Source: an uncultured archaeon (GTDB lineage Archaea > Nanobdellota > Nanobdellia > Pacearchaeales > GW2011-AR1). From it: a stretch of DNA of 64,000 nt. Shown piece after piece: positions 25,901 through 34,909 of the stretch. Below the pieces are notes generated by a model. The model was not told the origin of the DNA and made no database searches. It was given only the letters and a program-made list of their open reading frames with translations. Where the stretch lies: contig CABMGO010000005.1 of NCBI GenBank assembly GCA_902385655.1, forward strand, positions 248,693 to 312,692, read 5' to 3'. The position numbers were made by a program, and so were the translations under genes. Within the stretch, counting starts at the first letter, position 1. The number at the start of each line of letters is the position of its first letter.

Positions 25901-28594
25901 TGTGGAAATGATTCCGCCAGCTCCAACAGAAATAGCAGAATTCGCATTAGAAGAATTTGCCTTCCACTGCTCCAAAGTCTGATTACCGACATTAGCGTTA
26001 ACATTATTCATCGCAGTTTTATAACAGTCAATATCATTAGAAATATTCTGAGAAAGAGCACTATAACACTGGCTCTTAGACATAGTTCTCAACTCGGCGC
26101 CATTAACAGTATCATTGCTTAAACAATAATTTTTGTAGTATTTCATAACCTCTTGTCTCGCCAAACTTTCTCCAGTAAATCCTCCAAATAAATTTTTAAC
26201 TTGTAAACCCAAACCAGTAACTAGACAAGCAGCCTTCCAAGTTTTTACCAATTCTCCCAGCTGAGCATTTTTAGCTTCCCAACTCTTTATTGTTTCATTT
26301 AATGAATTTGAAATATCTTTTGCTCTCTCAGGATTTATTGGTATACTTCTTTGTTCAATTCCAATATGGAAACTAAAATTAGCTTCGGAATGAGTGTTCA
26401 ACTGAGAAATCAACGAAACAAAAGCAACCTCTTTGACATTTGTATCAGTGATTAATATATTATACTCTACACCATCGATATTTATTTTCTGAGAAGTATC
26501 TCTGTTACCTGTAGAATCAAATTGGAAAGAACGAGTACTTGTTCTTTGATAACCGGATTTGCTCCAATTATAAAAATCTAGAGAAACGCTTGTAGGCTGT
26601 ATATCTTCTACGAGGAAATAAGGAGGATTCTGTTGAGTAGACAAGTTAAATCTTGCACCTTCCAAAACATCGCTTCCAGTAATTGTTTTTCCAGAAGCAG
26701 GAGTTATAACAAAACTAGTTTTTCTATTTTGTAAAGGGGCCGCGTAAAATTGCTTCAAAGAGATTGTGTGATACAAATTGTTTACATAAACACTTTTGAA
26801 AGCATTAGAACTATCGTAATTCGTAGAATAAGATAGCTGATCACGCACATAAGAAGCTTGACCAGAGTCGGGATATAATTCCAAAAATTTATTCGCTAAT
26901 TCTATTTTTCTAGAATCATAAGTATGCAATCCTCGAGCATTAAGCTCATCAATCAATTGCATCGCAGAAATAATTCCTTGTTCTCCATAAGTAGAATACG
27001 CATCTCTCGCAGAAGGATTTGTATCTAAAAGTTCTTTCAAAGATTGATCAGCTTTATTGAAATATTCTTGAGCAGAATCAATTTGACTTTGAGTCAGAGG
27101 TGAAGAAGACTGAACAAGTTCCTTTCCAGGATTAACAAGACCAGTAAATACTCTAGCAGTAGGCCCGCTGTCTAAGTCTACATTAGCACCATTAAGAATA
27201 ATTTTAACTTTATCAGAATCTAAATTTAATTTTCTTGCCAAAGAAGATTCAAGATTCTGAACATCTTGAGCCCCAGTTGCACCTCTAATCGCATCATTTA
27301 ACTTAGCGTAAATATCTTGACTAATAATAGTATTTTTGTCTTGACCGATTAGAACAATAAAATCATTTCCAGTTTTCAAACTGCCCGCAGTTATCTGAGA
27401 AGTACCTGCATAAGCTAAATACCAGTCATATTCTTTGGAAGAACTAGAAGATTTCTTACCAGTATAAACTTTATCAGAAACATTATACAAATCAAATTCA
27501 CTATCCGAACCAGAAACAGGAATATTTGCAGAAAGAGAATTAAGCAAACTCAACTGAAAGCTAGATCCAGGACATCGAACACCGACATTACCCGTAGTTC
27601 CAGCAATAAGATTCACAGACGTAACAGTACATCTTCCATCAAGGAGTTTTGAGCCCTTAACAACCCAAACATCATCACCATCAATATTCAACAGCGCTTT
27701 GTCCTCTTCTCCAACAAGGCTGTTCAACTTAACTTGAATACCTGCACTACAATAAAATCCCGGAAAATAAAATAAAGAACTAGTTTCTCCAACCTTTAAG
27801 TTAAACTCACTTACTTTTTGATCTTCGCTTGTATAAACAGCAATTCTCGCACTGTCCCCTTGAACGTCAATAACTCGCAATAAACCTCGTCCCTGCCAAA
27901 AACTTGCTTGGCCTCTACCCTGCTGCCAATCAGTCTCATCAACAGTTTCCAAGTAATATTCTCCAGAACCAGTCCCAAATGCATTCTGAGCATCATAAGC
28001 CATCGTTGCAGTTAAATTTCCAGAAACATTCGTAGGTGAACCACTTTCATTAGCTTGCTTTTTTAAGATAATAACAACATATCCCAAATTATTAATTGTA
28101 GGACTTCCTAAAACACTATTGTAGCTTCTTATAGCTGCTTGAGCTGGATGAAAACTGATTCCTGCAACTTGCGAAGGATAATTTCCTTTGAAAGAAATTG
28201 ATTTTATAGAGGAAACTTTGATTAAGGGATTTACCTTCGCACCAATCAATTGACAAAAGACTGGGACATTTTGGTCTGCAAGTAAATCACTTCTAACAAC
28301 TGCTGGTGAACATCCTCCAGGAGGAATCATAACAAGAAAATCATTATTATCTGTACATTGAGCATTAGCACTTTCTGAATATTGGGGCCAGTAAGTTGCA
28401 ATATCTGCTCCAGAATAAATATCCTGAAAACTAGGATTATAGAATTGAGTTTGAGTGTTATAAAAAGATGAAGTTGAACCAACAGTATTGCTAAATGTCG
28501 TCGCTGCGCTGACTAAGCCAGGTAAAACAAGCAGTATCAAAATTAAAATAAATTTTTTCATTTCCAGGATAAATCTAATATTGAATCCTCCCAA
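22970..28594 (-). CDS. very large (1874 aa) exported Cys-containing protein
   Basis: Signal peptide MKKFILILILLVLPGLVSAATT; single long ORF. Confidence 0.85.
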   Translation of the reverse strand: MGGFNIRFILEMKKFILILILLVLPGLVSAATTFSNTVGSTSSFYNTQTQFYNPSFQDIYSGADIATYWPQYSESANAQCTDNNDFLVMIPPGGCSPAVVRSDLLADQNVPVFCQLIGAKVNPLIKVSSIKSISFKGNYPSQVAGISFHPAQAAIRSYNSVLGSPTINNLGYVVIILKKQANESGSPTNVSGNLTATMAYDAQNAFGTGSGEYYLETVDETDWQQGRGQASFWQGRGLLRVIDVQGDSARIAVYTSEDQKVSEFNLKVGETSSLFYFPGFYCSAGIQVKLNSLVGEEDKALLNIDGDDVWVVKGSKLLDGRCTVTSVNLIAGTTGNVGVRCPGSSFQLSLLNSLSANIPVSGSDSEFDLYNVSDKVYTGKKSSSSSKEYDWYLAYAGTSQITAGSLKTGNDFIVLIGQDKNTIISQDIYAKLNDAIRGATGAQDVQNLESSLARKLNLDSDKVKIILNGANVDLDSGPTARVFTGLVNPGKELVQSSSPLTQSQIDSAQEYFNKADQSLKELLDTNPSARDAYSTYGEQGIISAMQLIDELNARGLHTYDSRKIELANKFLELYPDSGQASYVRDQLSYSTNYDSSNAFKSVYVNNLYHTISLKQFYAAPLQNRKTSFVITPASGKTITGSDVLEGARFNLSTQQNPPYFLVEDIQPTSVSLDFYNWSKSGYQRTSTRSFQFDSTGNRDTSQKINIDGVEYNILITDTNVKEVAFVSLISQLNTHSEANFSFHIGIEQRSIPINPERAKDISNSLNETIKSWEAKNAQLGELVKTWKAACLVTGLGLQVKNLFGGFTGESLARQEVMKYYKNYCLSNDTVNGAELRTMSKSQCYSALSQNISNDIDCYKTAMNNVNANVGNQTLEQWKANSSNANSAISVGAGGIISTNNFGTFDNVKSYLLNKEIQSCQKASPQFKTSIQGTTNNVLYGIYSNLNANGNTATLAEELPASIKDSAYSVLTDKNKITVNGIFPISLGNLKKVISNSLVNPSSGSVEETFSRAMSGVDDNAKVGISSVKPNGQWILLVAVKTDNTASSSYQERIKVAFDVSSDKTQIQLKNVVETKDLQGSQIIFKENIGKKCNYNYKDARVRFYDSDPNKGMPAVVPFDKQGWYVLVPQSSGGFLSNNVKGYTVSGVPTYYYLCSVGANGIMELRGGDDSCFSNNVNTDATTYGECALSTQDVQRLRSEAESAIRQAAQQYGKKSISISSFGSVGVDAPMTSDGNLPYECEDFMSVDDCKVLYNVCDPVICPSSRCNFGGQTNVPNVIQSGIIGSLVLCSKNFVGLGGDVFVPFCLTGVYAGIDGYISILKAQRDCMAAAANNGTYSGICDEITAVYKCEFFWRQAAPLMQNLIPNLAEYVYTGGQKGFGQTGGGGEYATFQASWDNMQKSLDYFKNTYAVNSFSAVKFGNIEDIGTEYCRNFVGTSIPGSGDILDKLLQPESPYQFYAQFSEIPFTEATVPATSQYKVFYHIYAGKDTGVSYQVYLKNPPSSSYYVNAQRVSVKVGYIAAGAQVSETKDMTLPAGYKELCVSINGREECGFKSVTTDYGLDTLNAAYAKDQANQTNIQTEKECIQGSASVYGLANLNPQAGVETATQPNIALNGIVRVCATENPGKGTNSARWTQVGTCGSDNIKCWLDQNSVKNVVSEVYGATGSIASAQDFIQNRVNTGDGVLTENETSALLLAVRTNISNLAGIDKSTTASNIDSKIQPTLSSVDKLISYAYLDLQQAEALLQKYFLYEKVVKLIIGAPDTSSNKGGTTTQIAQETPAQTDAAAAADIASSSTSPKVSIGSNNIILVNGADSGYVLASAGGDYYLVKKGDAIVARVTKNQPISISSAYSDLSYLNGCTYGGTDLSCSSVA

Positions 28595-30441
28595 GTTAAA
28601 TAGTTATCTTGTAGTTCTTGAAGACTTGTAGGAGTTTTAAACACAGGAATATCAACACTTAACTTCTTTCCAGCTGTAAGATCAGAATCTATAAAGTAAT
28701 CATATCCCTTACCGCCACCAACTAGAGCAGAATCCACATTCTGGGAAGGAATATTGACGTCGAAGCATTGTTCTTTGCTATCCCCGAGTAAACCAGCAAA
28801 GCTAGTAGAAGCAACTTCAAAACATTTCTTATCATTTATTGCAGGGAAAACAATTGTAGAATTTTTATAAACATAAGCAGTAACATTGTATTCTCCCTCA
28901 ACCAAATCAACTGAATTCGAGTCAGGATAATTCAAAACAGAGCTATAATCTTTCGAAGAGAAAACAACAGTTGCTTTTGTAACGCTTGGTAAATCCACCT
29001 GAACAGAATGGATTTTCTTCATAATAACATCCGCACTTGTTTGAGTATTTGTTGAAATAATTTCGCTAGAGGGGGCATAACCTGGAGCATAAGCAGTCAA
29101 AACACCATTGACACATTGGGGCAATGCAATTGTTGTGGTAGATTCTCCCGCTTTTTCTTGAGTAGAACCAACTTCACAAGAATCGCTAACACAACTAAAT
29201 CTTAAACTTGCAGAGACAGGGTTTAAATTCAAATCATATGTTGAAACAGCAACATCTTGATTTCTAGTAGTACAGACAGGAGATTCCACAGAAGTTTCAT
29301 TCTCAACATTCAAAGCTGCTCTTGCCTCATTATTTTTTACAATTACTACCATAGGAAATTGGAATAGTTCATTGTTAGAATAAAGTTGAACAAGTACGGG
29401 GAAAGATATGTCGTATACAAAATGATAAGGAACAAAACACATTCCAAGCATGCCCATGCCCTCTTGAGTTCCAACAGGCTCGACAAAATTATTTCCGTAC
29501 ATCTCAATCTTTGTAGGCCAAGATCTTGAATAAATAAAATTTGCATTGTTTGAAACAGCATCTGGAAGATTAACAACAAAATATTTATTTGCAGCATTGT
29601 TTAAAGTATAGTAATTTCCTCGGAGTTTGAGATATGCAACGTTATTTTCAAGAGCACTCGAGATATTATTTTTAATCTGAGTTTCGTCGAATAATTTTGG
29701 AGTGCAACCGATATCTACACCAGTTACGGGAGCATTAAGTCTTAAGGTGTCAATAGCATAAGATTCCAAAAATGAAGAATTCATTTCTGAATCCAAAACT
29801 TCTGCAGCAGTTTTATAAAATGAGCCCATTTGAGAATTAATTGTAACCTCATGATTGCTTACTAGTGCAGACTCATTCTCAAAAGAAATAAACACAGGAT
29901 TTGTCAAAGTCAATTTAACTTGCTTGTCACCTATAGCTACATCAATATTTCCATCACCAATGTCAACATAAATTCCTTGAGAATTAAAAGAAGAAAAATC
30001 ACAGTCTGCTAATCCCTCTCGTATATATCTCGCCAAATCAGTTTCCATAGAATTTAAAGTAGGCCTATTTTCTTTCAAAAAATTATTTCCAGAAACGTAA
30101 AGCCAATACGGAATTGATGCGCCATAGAAATCCAGTTGGGAAGAAGTCGGAGCATAAGTACTTCCAGCATCAAAAGGAAGTTCATTAAGGTAAATGTAAC
30201 CTGCCTGCTGTCCCATCAAATTCAAACCAGTTTTTGCTCGTTCTTGAATACAAGATAAATAAGCTTGATATGCAGGTTCTAAATTTTTAGATAATCCCGA
30301 AGTGGTCGTTCCTCTTATAACAAAAAAAGCAACAAGTCCCGCAACTAAAACAATACCTAAAATAATAAACATAGTCAGCTGAGCTCGCTTGGATTTTAAA
30401 GAAATATTACTCTCAAAAAATTGCCCCTTTTTCATTGACAA
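28558..30441 (-). CDS. exported protein with pilin-like N-terminus (KSKRAQLTMFIILGIVLVAGLVAFF)
   Basis: ORF track. Confidence 0.8.
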   Translation of the reverse strand: MSMKKGQFFESNISLKSKRAQLTMFIILGIVLVAGLVAFFVIRGTTTSGLSKNLEPAYQAYLSCIQERAKTGLNLMGQQAGYIYLNELPFDAGSTYAPTSSQLDFYGASIPYWLYVSGNNFLKENRPTLNSMETDLARYIREGLADCDFSSFNSQGIYVDIGDGNIDVAIGDKQVKLTLTNPVFISFENESALVSNHEVTINSQMGSFYKTAAEVLDSEMNSSFLESYAIDTLRLNAPVTGVDIGCTPKLFDETQIKNNISSALENNVAYLKLRGNYYTLNNAANKYFVVNLPDAVSNNANFIYSRSWPTKIEMYGNNFVEPVGTQEGMGMLGMCFVPYHFVYDISFPVLVQLYSNNELFQFPMVVIVKNNEARAALNVENETSVESPVCTTRNQDVAVSTYDLNLNPVSASLRFSCVSDSCEVGSTQEKAGESTTTIALPQCVNGVLTAYAPGYAPSSEIISTNTQTSADVIMKKIHSVQVDLPSVTKATVVFSSKDYSSVLNYPDSNSVDLVEGEYNVTAYVYKNSTIVFPAINDKKCFEVASTSFAGLLGDSKEQCFDVNIPSQNVDSALVGGGKGYDYFIDSDLTAGKKLSVDIPVFKTPTSLQELQDNYLTWEDSILDLSWK

Positions 30442-30502
30442 ATATAGAAAAATATGCTATATAAATATATTTATAAAACAAAATATTATCCAGATTGTAT
30501 GC

Positions 30503-30516
30503 GATCCCATTGTCTA
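30503..30516 (+). repeat. duplicated 5' fragment of tRNA-Val (gatcccattgtcta)
   Basis: Identical to 30588-30601. Confidence 0.75.
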
Positions 30517-30587
30517 GAGTATCGAGCAAGTCGATTCACAGATCAAAAGGAAGCGTAAAACGATTCAACAGCGTTGAATTAACATAA

Positions 30588-30658
30588 GATCCCATTGTCT
30601 AACGGTAGTACGGCTCTTTGACGTGGAGCAGGCCGAGGTTCAACTCCTCGTGGGATCA
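30588..30658 (+). tRNA. tRNA-Val(GAC)
   Basis: GATCCCA…GCTCT TTGACGT GGAGC…CGAGG TTCAACT CCTCG TGGGATC A. Confidence 0.8.
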
Positions 30659-30722
30659 TTGAATTCTATTCAACAAATTCTGTCTAAATTATTCGAAGAA
30701 TAAAAAGGAGTTGAACTGAGGA

Positions 30723-30808
30723 GAGGTTCAACCGAGCAAAGAGGCTTTCAATAAATCGAGGTAAAATGAAAATCAGAAAGAGCTCTTTGCAAGACTCGTG
30801 GGATCATT
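30723..30808. repeat. R5 copy inside split tRNA-Val 3' fragment (gaggttcaacc|hairpin|actcgtgggatcatt)
   Basis: CGAGCAAAGAGGCTTTCAA…ATCAGAAAGAGCTCTTTGCAAG. Confidence 0.8.
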
Positions 30809-30823
30809 TTCCGTTGAACCGAG

Positions 30824-30919
30824 GCAGGCCGAGGCGAGCAGTTTGGCTTTTTGAACAAAATAAAATTATGAACTAAATCAAAAAGAGCAGACTGCGAGTA
30901 AACTCCTCGTGGGATCATT
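30824..30919. repeat. R5 copy inside split tRNA-Val 3' fragment (gcaggccgagg|hairpin|aactcctcgtgggatcatt)
   Basis: CGAGCAGTTTGGCTTTTTGAAC…AAAGAGCAGACTGCGAGT. Confidence 0.85.
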
Positions 30920-30965
30920 TCATTCGATTTACCGAATATATTTTTAATTTTATCGTTGAGAAAAA

Positions 30966-31229
30966 CTAATGTTTTCCCCCCAATTTTTGTCCCCAATGCT
31001 CATGAATAACTCTCACTTTTTTATTTTTAACGTCGATCTTTCCTAAGATGCACAAATCTGTATAAAAATCTTCAGGAAGAGTTCGATTCTCATTATAATA
31101 ACTTTTCAAAGTTTGATAATTAATCTTTAAACCGAACTGAATCAAACCTCTCAAAGAAGGAGAGCTACAACTTTCAATAACTTTATCGAAAAACTTTCTC
31201 TGATCTCCTTTTCTAAATTTAATTCTCAT
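30966..31229 (-). CDS. small hypothetical (HTH-like) protein
   Basis: ORF track. Confidence 0.5.
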   Translation of the reverse strand: MRIKFRKGDQRKFFDKVIESCSSPSLRGLIQFGLKINYQTLKSYYNENRTLPEDFYTDLCILGKIDVKNKKVRVIHEHWGQKLGGKH

Positions 31230-31502
31230 TTTTCCTCGCCGCCTAACAAAACGCGCTTCGCGCGTCTAGCTCTAACCGCTCACTGCGCAACCATTTTGAC
31301 AATCTCCGAAGGAGTTGGCAAGGTTGCAACGTTTACATAAAGCAAATGAATCGACTTGTTCAATGCCTTATGGCGCAACCGCTATCGGACAATTTTCATC
31401 GGACGAACGTCCGAAAATATTGAAAATTAGTCCTTGCTTCCAAGTTACTGCGCAACCATTAGGACCCGAAACTTTATAAAGCCTTGTAACAACCTCAAAA
31501 GT

Positions 31503-31814
31503 ATGAAATTACCTAAAAAAACAAATAGATTTTGCCCATATTGTAACAAAGTTACAGAGCAAAAAGTAAAGTTAATGAGTAGCGGTACAAAGAGAGGTTC
31601 CTTGAAGAGAGGAGGTATCATGAGAGCAAAACTTCGAGGTAAAGGAAGAGGAATCGGTAACTTAGGTAAGTGGGGTTCTAAACCAGCAGTTTCTAAATTC
31701 AAAATGAAAACTAAAACAACTAAAAAAGCAAAGATTCTTTACACTTGTTCTGTTTGCAACAAAAGCAAAGACAGAAAAGAAGGAATTAGAGCAGGTAAAG
31801 TATTGCAAGAATAA
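31503..31814 (+). CDS. rpl44e: ribosomal protein L44e
   Basis: MKLPKKTNRFCPYCNKVTEQKV…LYTCSVCNKSKDRKEGIRAGK. Confidence 0.9.
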   Translation: MKLPKKTNRFCPYCNKVTEQKVKLMSSGTKRGSLKRGGIMRAKLRGKGRGIGNLGKWGSKPAVSKFKMKTKTTKKAKILYTCSVCNKSKDRKEGIRAGKVLQE

Positions 31815-31815
31815 A

Positions 31816-32019
31816 ATGAAAAGTATGAATGTTATACAAACAAACTTTGAAGGAGATTTGGGAAGAATTACAGTCTTTACTCCGGGAAGAATAATTGGAC
31901 AAAGAACAGATTTTGAAAGAGCAGACGGCAAAGGAAGAGTTTCACTTATGACTTCAGCTCTAGTCCAACAAACAGCAGACTTAGCAAAATATAAGGGAGA
32001 CTCAATAATACAATACTAA
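31816..32019 (+). CDS. small conserved hypothetical in ribosomal operon (not S27e)
   Basis: ORF track; no zinc-ribbon Cys. Confidence 0.6.
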   Translation: MKSMNVIQTNFEGDLGRITVFTPGRIIGQRTDFERADGKGRVSLMTSALVQQTADLAKYKGDSIIQY

Positions 32020-32020
32020 A

Positions 32021-32821
32021 ATGGCAATAAAAAAGAAATTCATTGACGTAGAAATACCTGCACTTGGAGAATCAATGCCAGTTTTAGGAGCTGAAGAAAC
32101 TCTTGCTGGAAGAACAATCAAGTTAGACCTTTCTAGAAAATTGAGAGGAAGAGGACTTGAAGCAGTTTTTACAATAATGAACAAGGATGGAAAACTTGTT
32201 GCTTACCCTAAAAGCCTTATTTTAATGAGAAGTTATGTTCAAAGAATGATGAGAAAAAGAATAAGTTATGTGGAAGATTCATTCACAACAACTTGTAAAG
32301 ACGTAAAAATAACAATGAAACCATTTTTAATAACAAGAAAAAAAGTTTCAAGAGCGATAAGAAATAATTTAAGAAGAACAGCAAGAGAATTTTTACTAGA
32401 ATATGTCAAAGATAAAACATACATGGATATCGCAATGGCAATTTTAAGTAATGACTTGCAAAAAGAAATGCATCCAAAATTGAAAAAAGTTTATCCACTT
32501 TCTATGTGCGAAATAAGAGTGCTAGAAACAACAGAATTAGCTAAAGCAGACTTAACAATCAAGCAAAGAGAAGTTAAACAAGTAGCAAAAGCTGAGACGC
32601 AAGAATTAACCCAAGCAGAAGAAATCGAATTACACTTAAAGAAAAAAGCAGAGGCTCAGCAGAGTCACACCTCAGGTGAAGAAACAGCTGCAAAAGAAGC
32701 AGAAGCGGCAAAAGCAGAAGAAGTAAAAACAGAAGAGAAACCTAAGAAAGCTAAAAAAGAGGCTCAGCAGAGTCACACCTTGGGCGAAAAGAAGGTAAAG
32801 TCTGAGAAGGAATCTGCTTAA
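32021..32821 (+). CDS. rps3ae: ribosomal protein S3Ae (S1e) with two R1 inserts in C-terminal tail
   Basis: MAIKKKFIDVEIPALG…; AEAQQSHTSGEE and KEAQQSHTLGEK. Confidence 0.9.
   Translation: MAIKKKFIDVEIPALGESMPVLGAEETLAGRTIKLDLSRKLRGRGLEAVFTIMNKDGKLVAYPKSLILMRSYVQRMMRKRISYVEDSFTTTCKDVKITMKPFLITRKKVSRAIRNNLRRTAREFLLEYVKDKTYMDIAMAILSNDLQKEMHPKLKKVYPLSMCEIRVLETTELAKADLTIKQREVKQVAKAETQELTQAEEIELHLKKKAEAQQSHTSGEETAAKEAEAAKAEEVKTEEKPKKAKKEAQQSHTLGEKKVKSEKESA
32651..32680 (+). repeat. R1 copy in S3Ae (EAQQSHTSGE)
   Basis: gaggctcagcagagtcacacctcaggtgaa. Confidence 0.85.
32759..32788 (+). repeat. R1 copy in S3Ae (EAQQSHTLGE)
   Basis: gaggctcagcagagtcacaccttgggcgaa. Confidence 0.85.
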
Positions 32822-32826
32822 ATAAA

Positions 32827-33348
32827 ATGGCAGTCCAAGAATGCCTTGTTCTTATCAAACCTGACGGACTTGTCAAATCATTAACTGGATTTATTCTTAC
32901 AGAACTTGCTGAAACAAAATTAAAGATTATCGGTGCAAAAGTAGTTTCAGTGTCTAAAGAACTTGCAGAACTGCATTATGCAGAATTAAAACAAAATAAA
33001 CCGCACATTTTTGAAAACGTTTTGAAATATATCCAAGGCGAATATCATACAAACAGAGTTTTAGCATTAATCTACCATGGAGAGGATGCAATCCAAAAAA
33101 TAAGAGATATCGCAGGAAAAACAAATCCTGAAGAAGCAGACCCAACAACAATTAGAGGAAAATTTGGAAGAATCCATTCTAAAACAGGAGTAATGGAAAA
33201 TGTTATGCATGCTTCGGATTCAGAAGCAAATGCAAAAAGAGAAATCCAACTTTGGTTCTCCCCTGATGAAATAACTGAAAAAATTTATCCTACTAAAAAA
33301 GAAAAAATCACTGAAGAGAAAAATGTTTGGGCGAACAATTCGCTTTGA
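32827..33348 (+). CDS. ndk: nucleoside diphosphate kinase
   Basis: LVLIKPDGLVKSLTG…NVMHASDSEANAKREIQLWF. Confidence 0.93.
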   Translation: MAVQECLVLIKPDGLVKSLTGFILTELAETKLKIIGAKVVSVSKELAELHYAELKQNKPHIFENVLKYIQGEYHTNRVLALIYHGEDAIQKIRDIAGKTNPEEADPTTIRGKFGRIHSKTGVMENVMHASDSEANAKREIQLWFSPDEITEKIYPTKKEKITEEKNVWANNSL

Positions 33349-33398
33349 GTAAAATAAATATAAAGTAAGACATTTTTTACGAAATGCAAGCGTGAGGA
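33328..33398. repeat. R5 copy overlapping the end of ndk
   Basis: GGGCGAACAATTCGCTTTGAG…CGAAATGCAAGCGTGAGG; encodes the last residues of NDK (WANNSL). Confidence 0.75.
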
Positions 33399-33403
33399 AT
33401 TAA

Positions 33404-33721
33404 TTAAAAATAAATATATTTTTCAGCAATTCTAATCCCCTCTTTTTGATTATTTTTAGCATCAGTAATTCTTAGATAAACTTCCGTCCGACCTTCAAAT
33501 TCTTCAATAGGTAATAAATATCCTTTTTTATTCTTTAAGTCATAAATCGCAAAAAAGTCTATCTCTGCTCGAGTATACTTTTTAACTTGCCAATTATTCG
33601 AAGATTTTAATCTACAAACTACCGCGCCATTTATTGGAACAGTAGACTTTACTTGGACTCGTTTGAAAACCCCTCCTTTCTCAATAAGAAGATCCACAGG
33701 ACTGTCTTCTCCATAAGGCAA
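33404..33721 (-). CDS. PD-(D/E)XK nuclease-like protein; start uncertain (frame remains open upstream: GELRFASEFIGKGWNIFL)
   Basis: GWNIFLPYGEDSPVDLLIEKGGVFKRVQVKST. Confidence 0.65.
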   Translation of the reverse strand: MPYGEDSPVDLLIEKGGVFKRVQVKSTVPINGAVVCRLKSSNNWQVKKYTRAEIDFFAIYDLKNKKGYLLPIEEFEGRTEVYLRITDAKNNQKEGIRIAEKYIYF

Positions 33722-33918
33722 AAAGATGTTCCATCCTTTTCCAATAAACTCTGAAGCAAATCTTAGCTCTCCTTCTTTTGCAACCTGTTTTTTATTATTT
33801 CACATACCTACGGAATAGTATGTTGGGAGTATATTTATATTTTTCTATTCTCGATTAATTACCTATAAAAAATACAAAACAACAAACCTTTTAAATGATT
33901 TTTTATAAATATTTACAT

Positions 33919-34012
33919 GCCTGCATAGCTCAGTTGATAGAGCACAAGTTTTGTATATGCGAAATGTTATCAAAAGAACTTGGGGTCGGGGGTTTGACTC
34001 CCTCTGCAGGCT
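33919..34012 (+). tRNA. tRNA-Thr(TGT) with intron
   Basis: GCCTGCA…CAAGT TTTGTAT…intron…ACTTG…GGGGG TTTGACT CCCTC TGCAGGC. Confidence 0.8.
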
Positions 34013-34046
34013 TCCGATACTTTTATACGAAGCCCGCGAATAACGG

Positions 34047-34802
34047 CTATTTTTTAGCTAATTTCCAAATTAAATCAAAGTAGTCTAAATGCCCTTTAGC
34101 TATCTCTTTATCATGAATCAAAAATAGAATAGCGTTTCTTCCCTTGAAATGACCCACAATCACATAGTCTCCAAAAACTTCTACCCACATAGGAGAACTA
34201 ATATTATTTGGCATATATCTTACTAAAGTATCGGGCATCTGTTCCCTAAATTTTCCGTATTCTCTTGCATCACTATCATAAATAAACTTACATTTAATTC
34301 CTCTTTTTATTCTTCTTTTATGCCAATCAATTAGATATCCTTCTAAGAGCTCATTTCCTATTTTTGGAGCTCCCAGAACAAATTGCGTTTCTCCTTTTTT
34401 CAAAGTAGATAATATCTTTTCATAAACTGATTTAACTCCTTTTAATCCTTCATAAGTTTCTGACTGAATCATATCTTCTCCAGACTTCTTGATATTTTTA
34501 AGCTCTGGAAGTAGGTCATCTATTTCCTGTTCCTGTTCTTTTATTTTATTTTCCTTTTCTTTCATAAACTCTTTTAGAAAAGTTGGATCTGATGCTGAAA
34601 AATATTTTTTATTTGATTTAACAACATAACTAACAAGGCCTTTTTGTATTAATTTTTCAAGAAATTCATAAACCTTTGAAGCATGAATTTGGGCTTCTTT
34701 AATTATATTCGTAGTAGTCGTTTGTCCTAATTTAAGCAAAGCTAAATAAATTTTTATTTCGGTTTTAGTTAAACCTATTTCTTCAAGTATTTTCGTATCC
34801 AT
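34047..34802 (-). CDS. TrmB-family transcriptional regulator
   Basis: MDTKILEEIGLTKTEIKIYLALLKLGQTTTTNIIKEAQIHASKVYEFLEKLIQKGLV. Confidence 0.85.
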   Translation of the reverse strand: MDTKILEEIGLTKTEIKIYLALLKLGQTTTTNIIKEAQIHASKVYEFLEKLIQKGLVSYVVKSNKKYFSASDPTFLKEFMKEKENKIKEQEQEIDDLLPELKNIKKSGEDMIQSETYEGLKGVKSVYEKILSTLKKGETQFVLGAPKIGNELLEGYLIDWHKRRIKRGIKCKFIYDSDAREYGKFREQMPDTLVRYMPNNISSPMWVEVFGDYVIVGHFKGRNAILFLIHDKEIAKGHLDYFDLIWKLAKK

Positions 34803-34909
34803 ACCTTTCCTAATTCAAAATCCTATTTAAACTTTACTCCCTTAAGGGGTGAAGAAAACTTAAAAGAAGACCTGTTATTACTATGCTGTGCTAAAAACAC
34901 GACGATAAA

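Noticed and set aside
30588-30658. tRNA-Asp assignment
   Set aside because: Seven-nt loop TTGACGT places GAC at 34-36, i.e. valine.
31240-31440. GC-rich hairpins (ACGCGCTTCGCGCGT etc.) as a separate ncRNA gene
   Set aside because: Pieces resemble R6-type (GGTTGC…GCAACCGCTATCG) and generic intergenic mini-hairpins; insufficient evidence for a distinct RNA gene.
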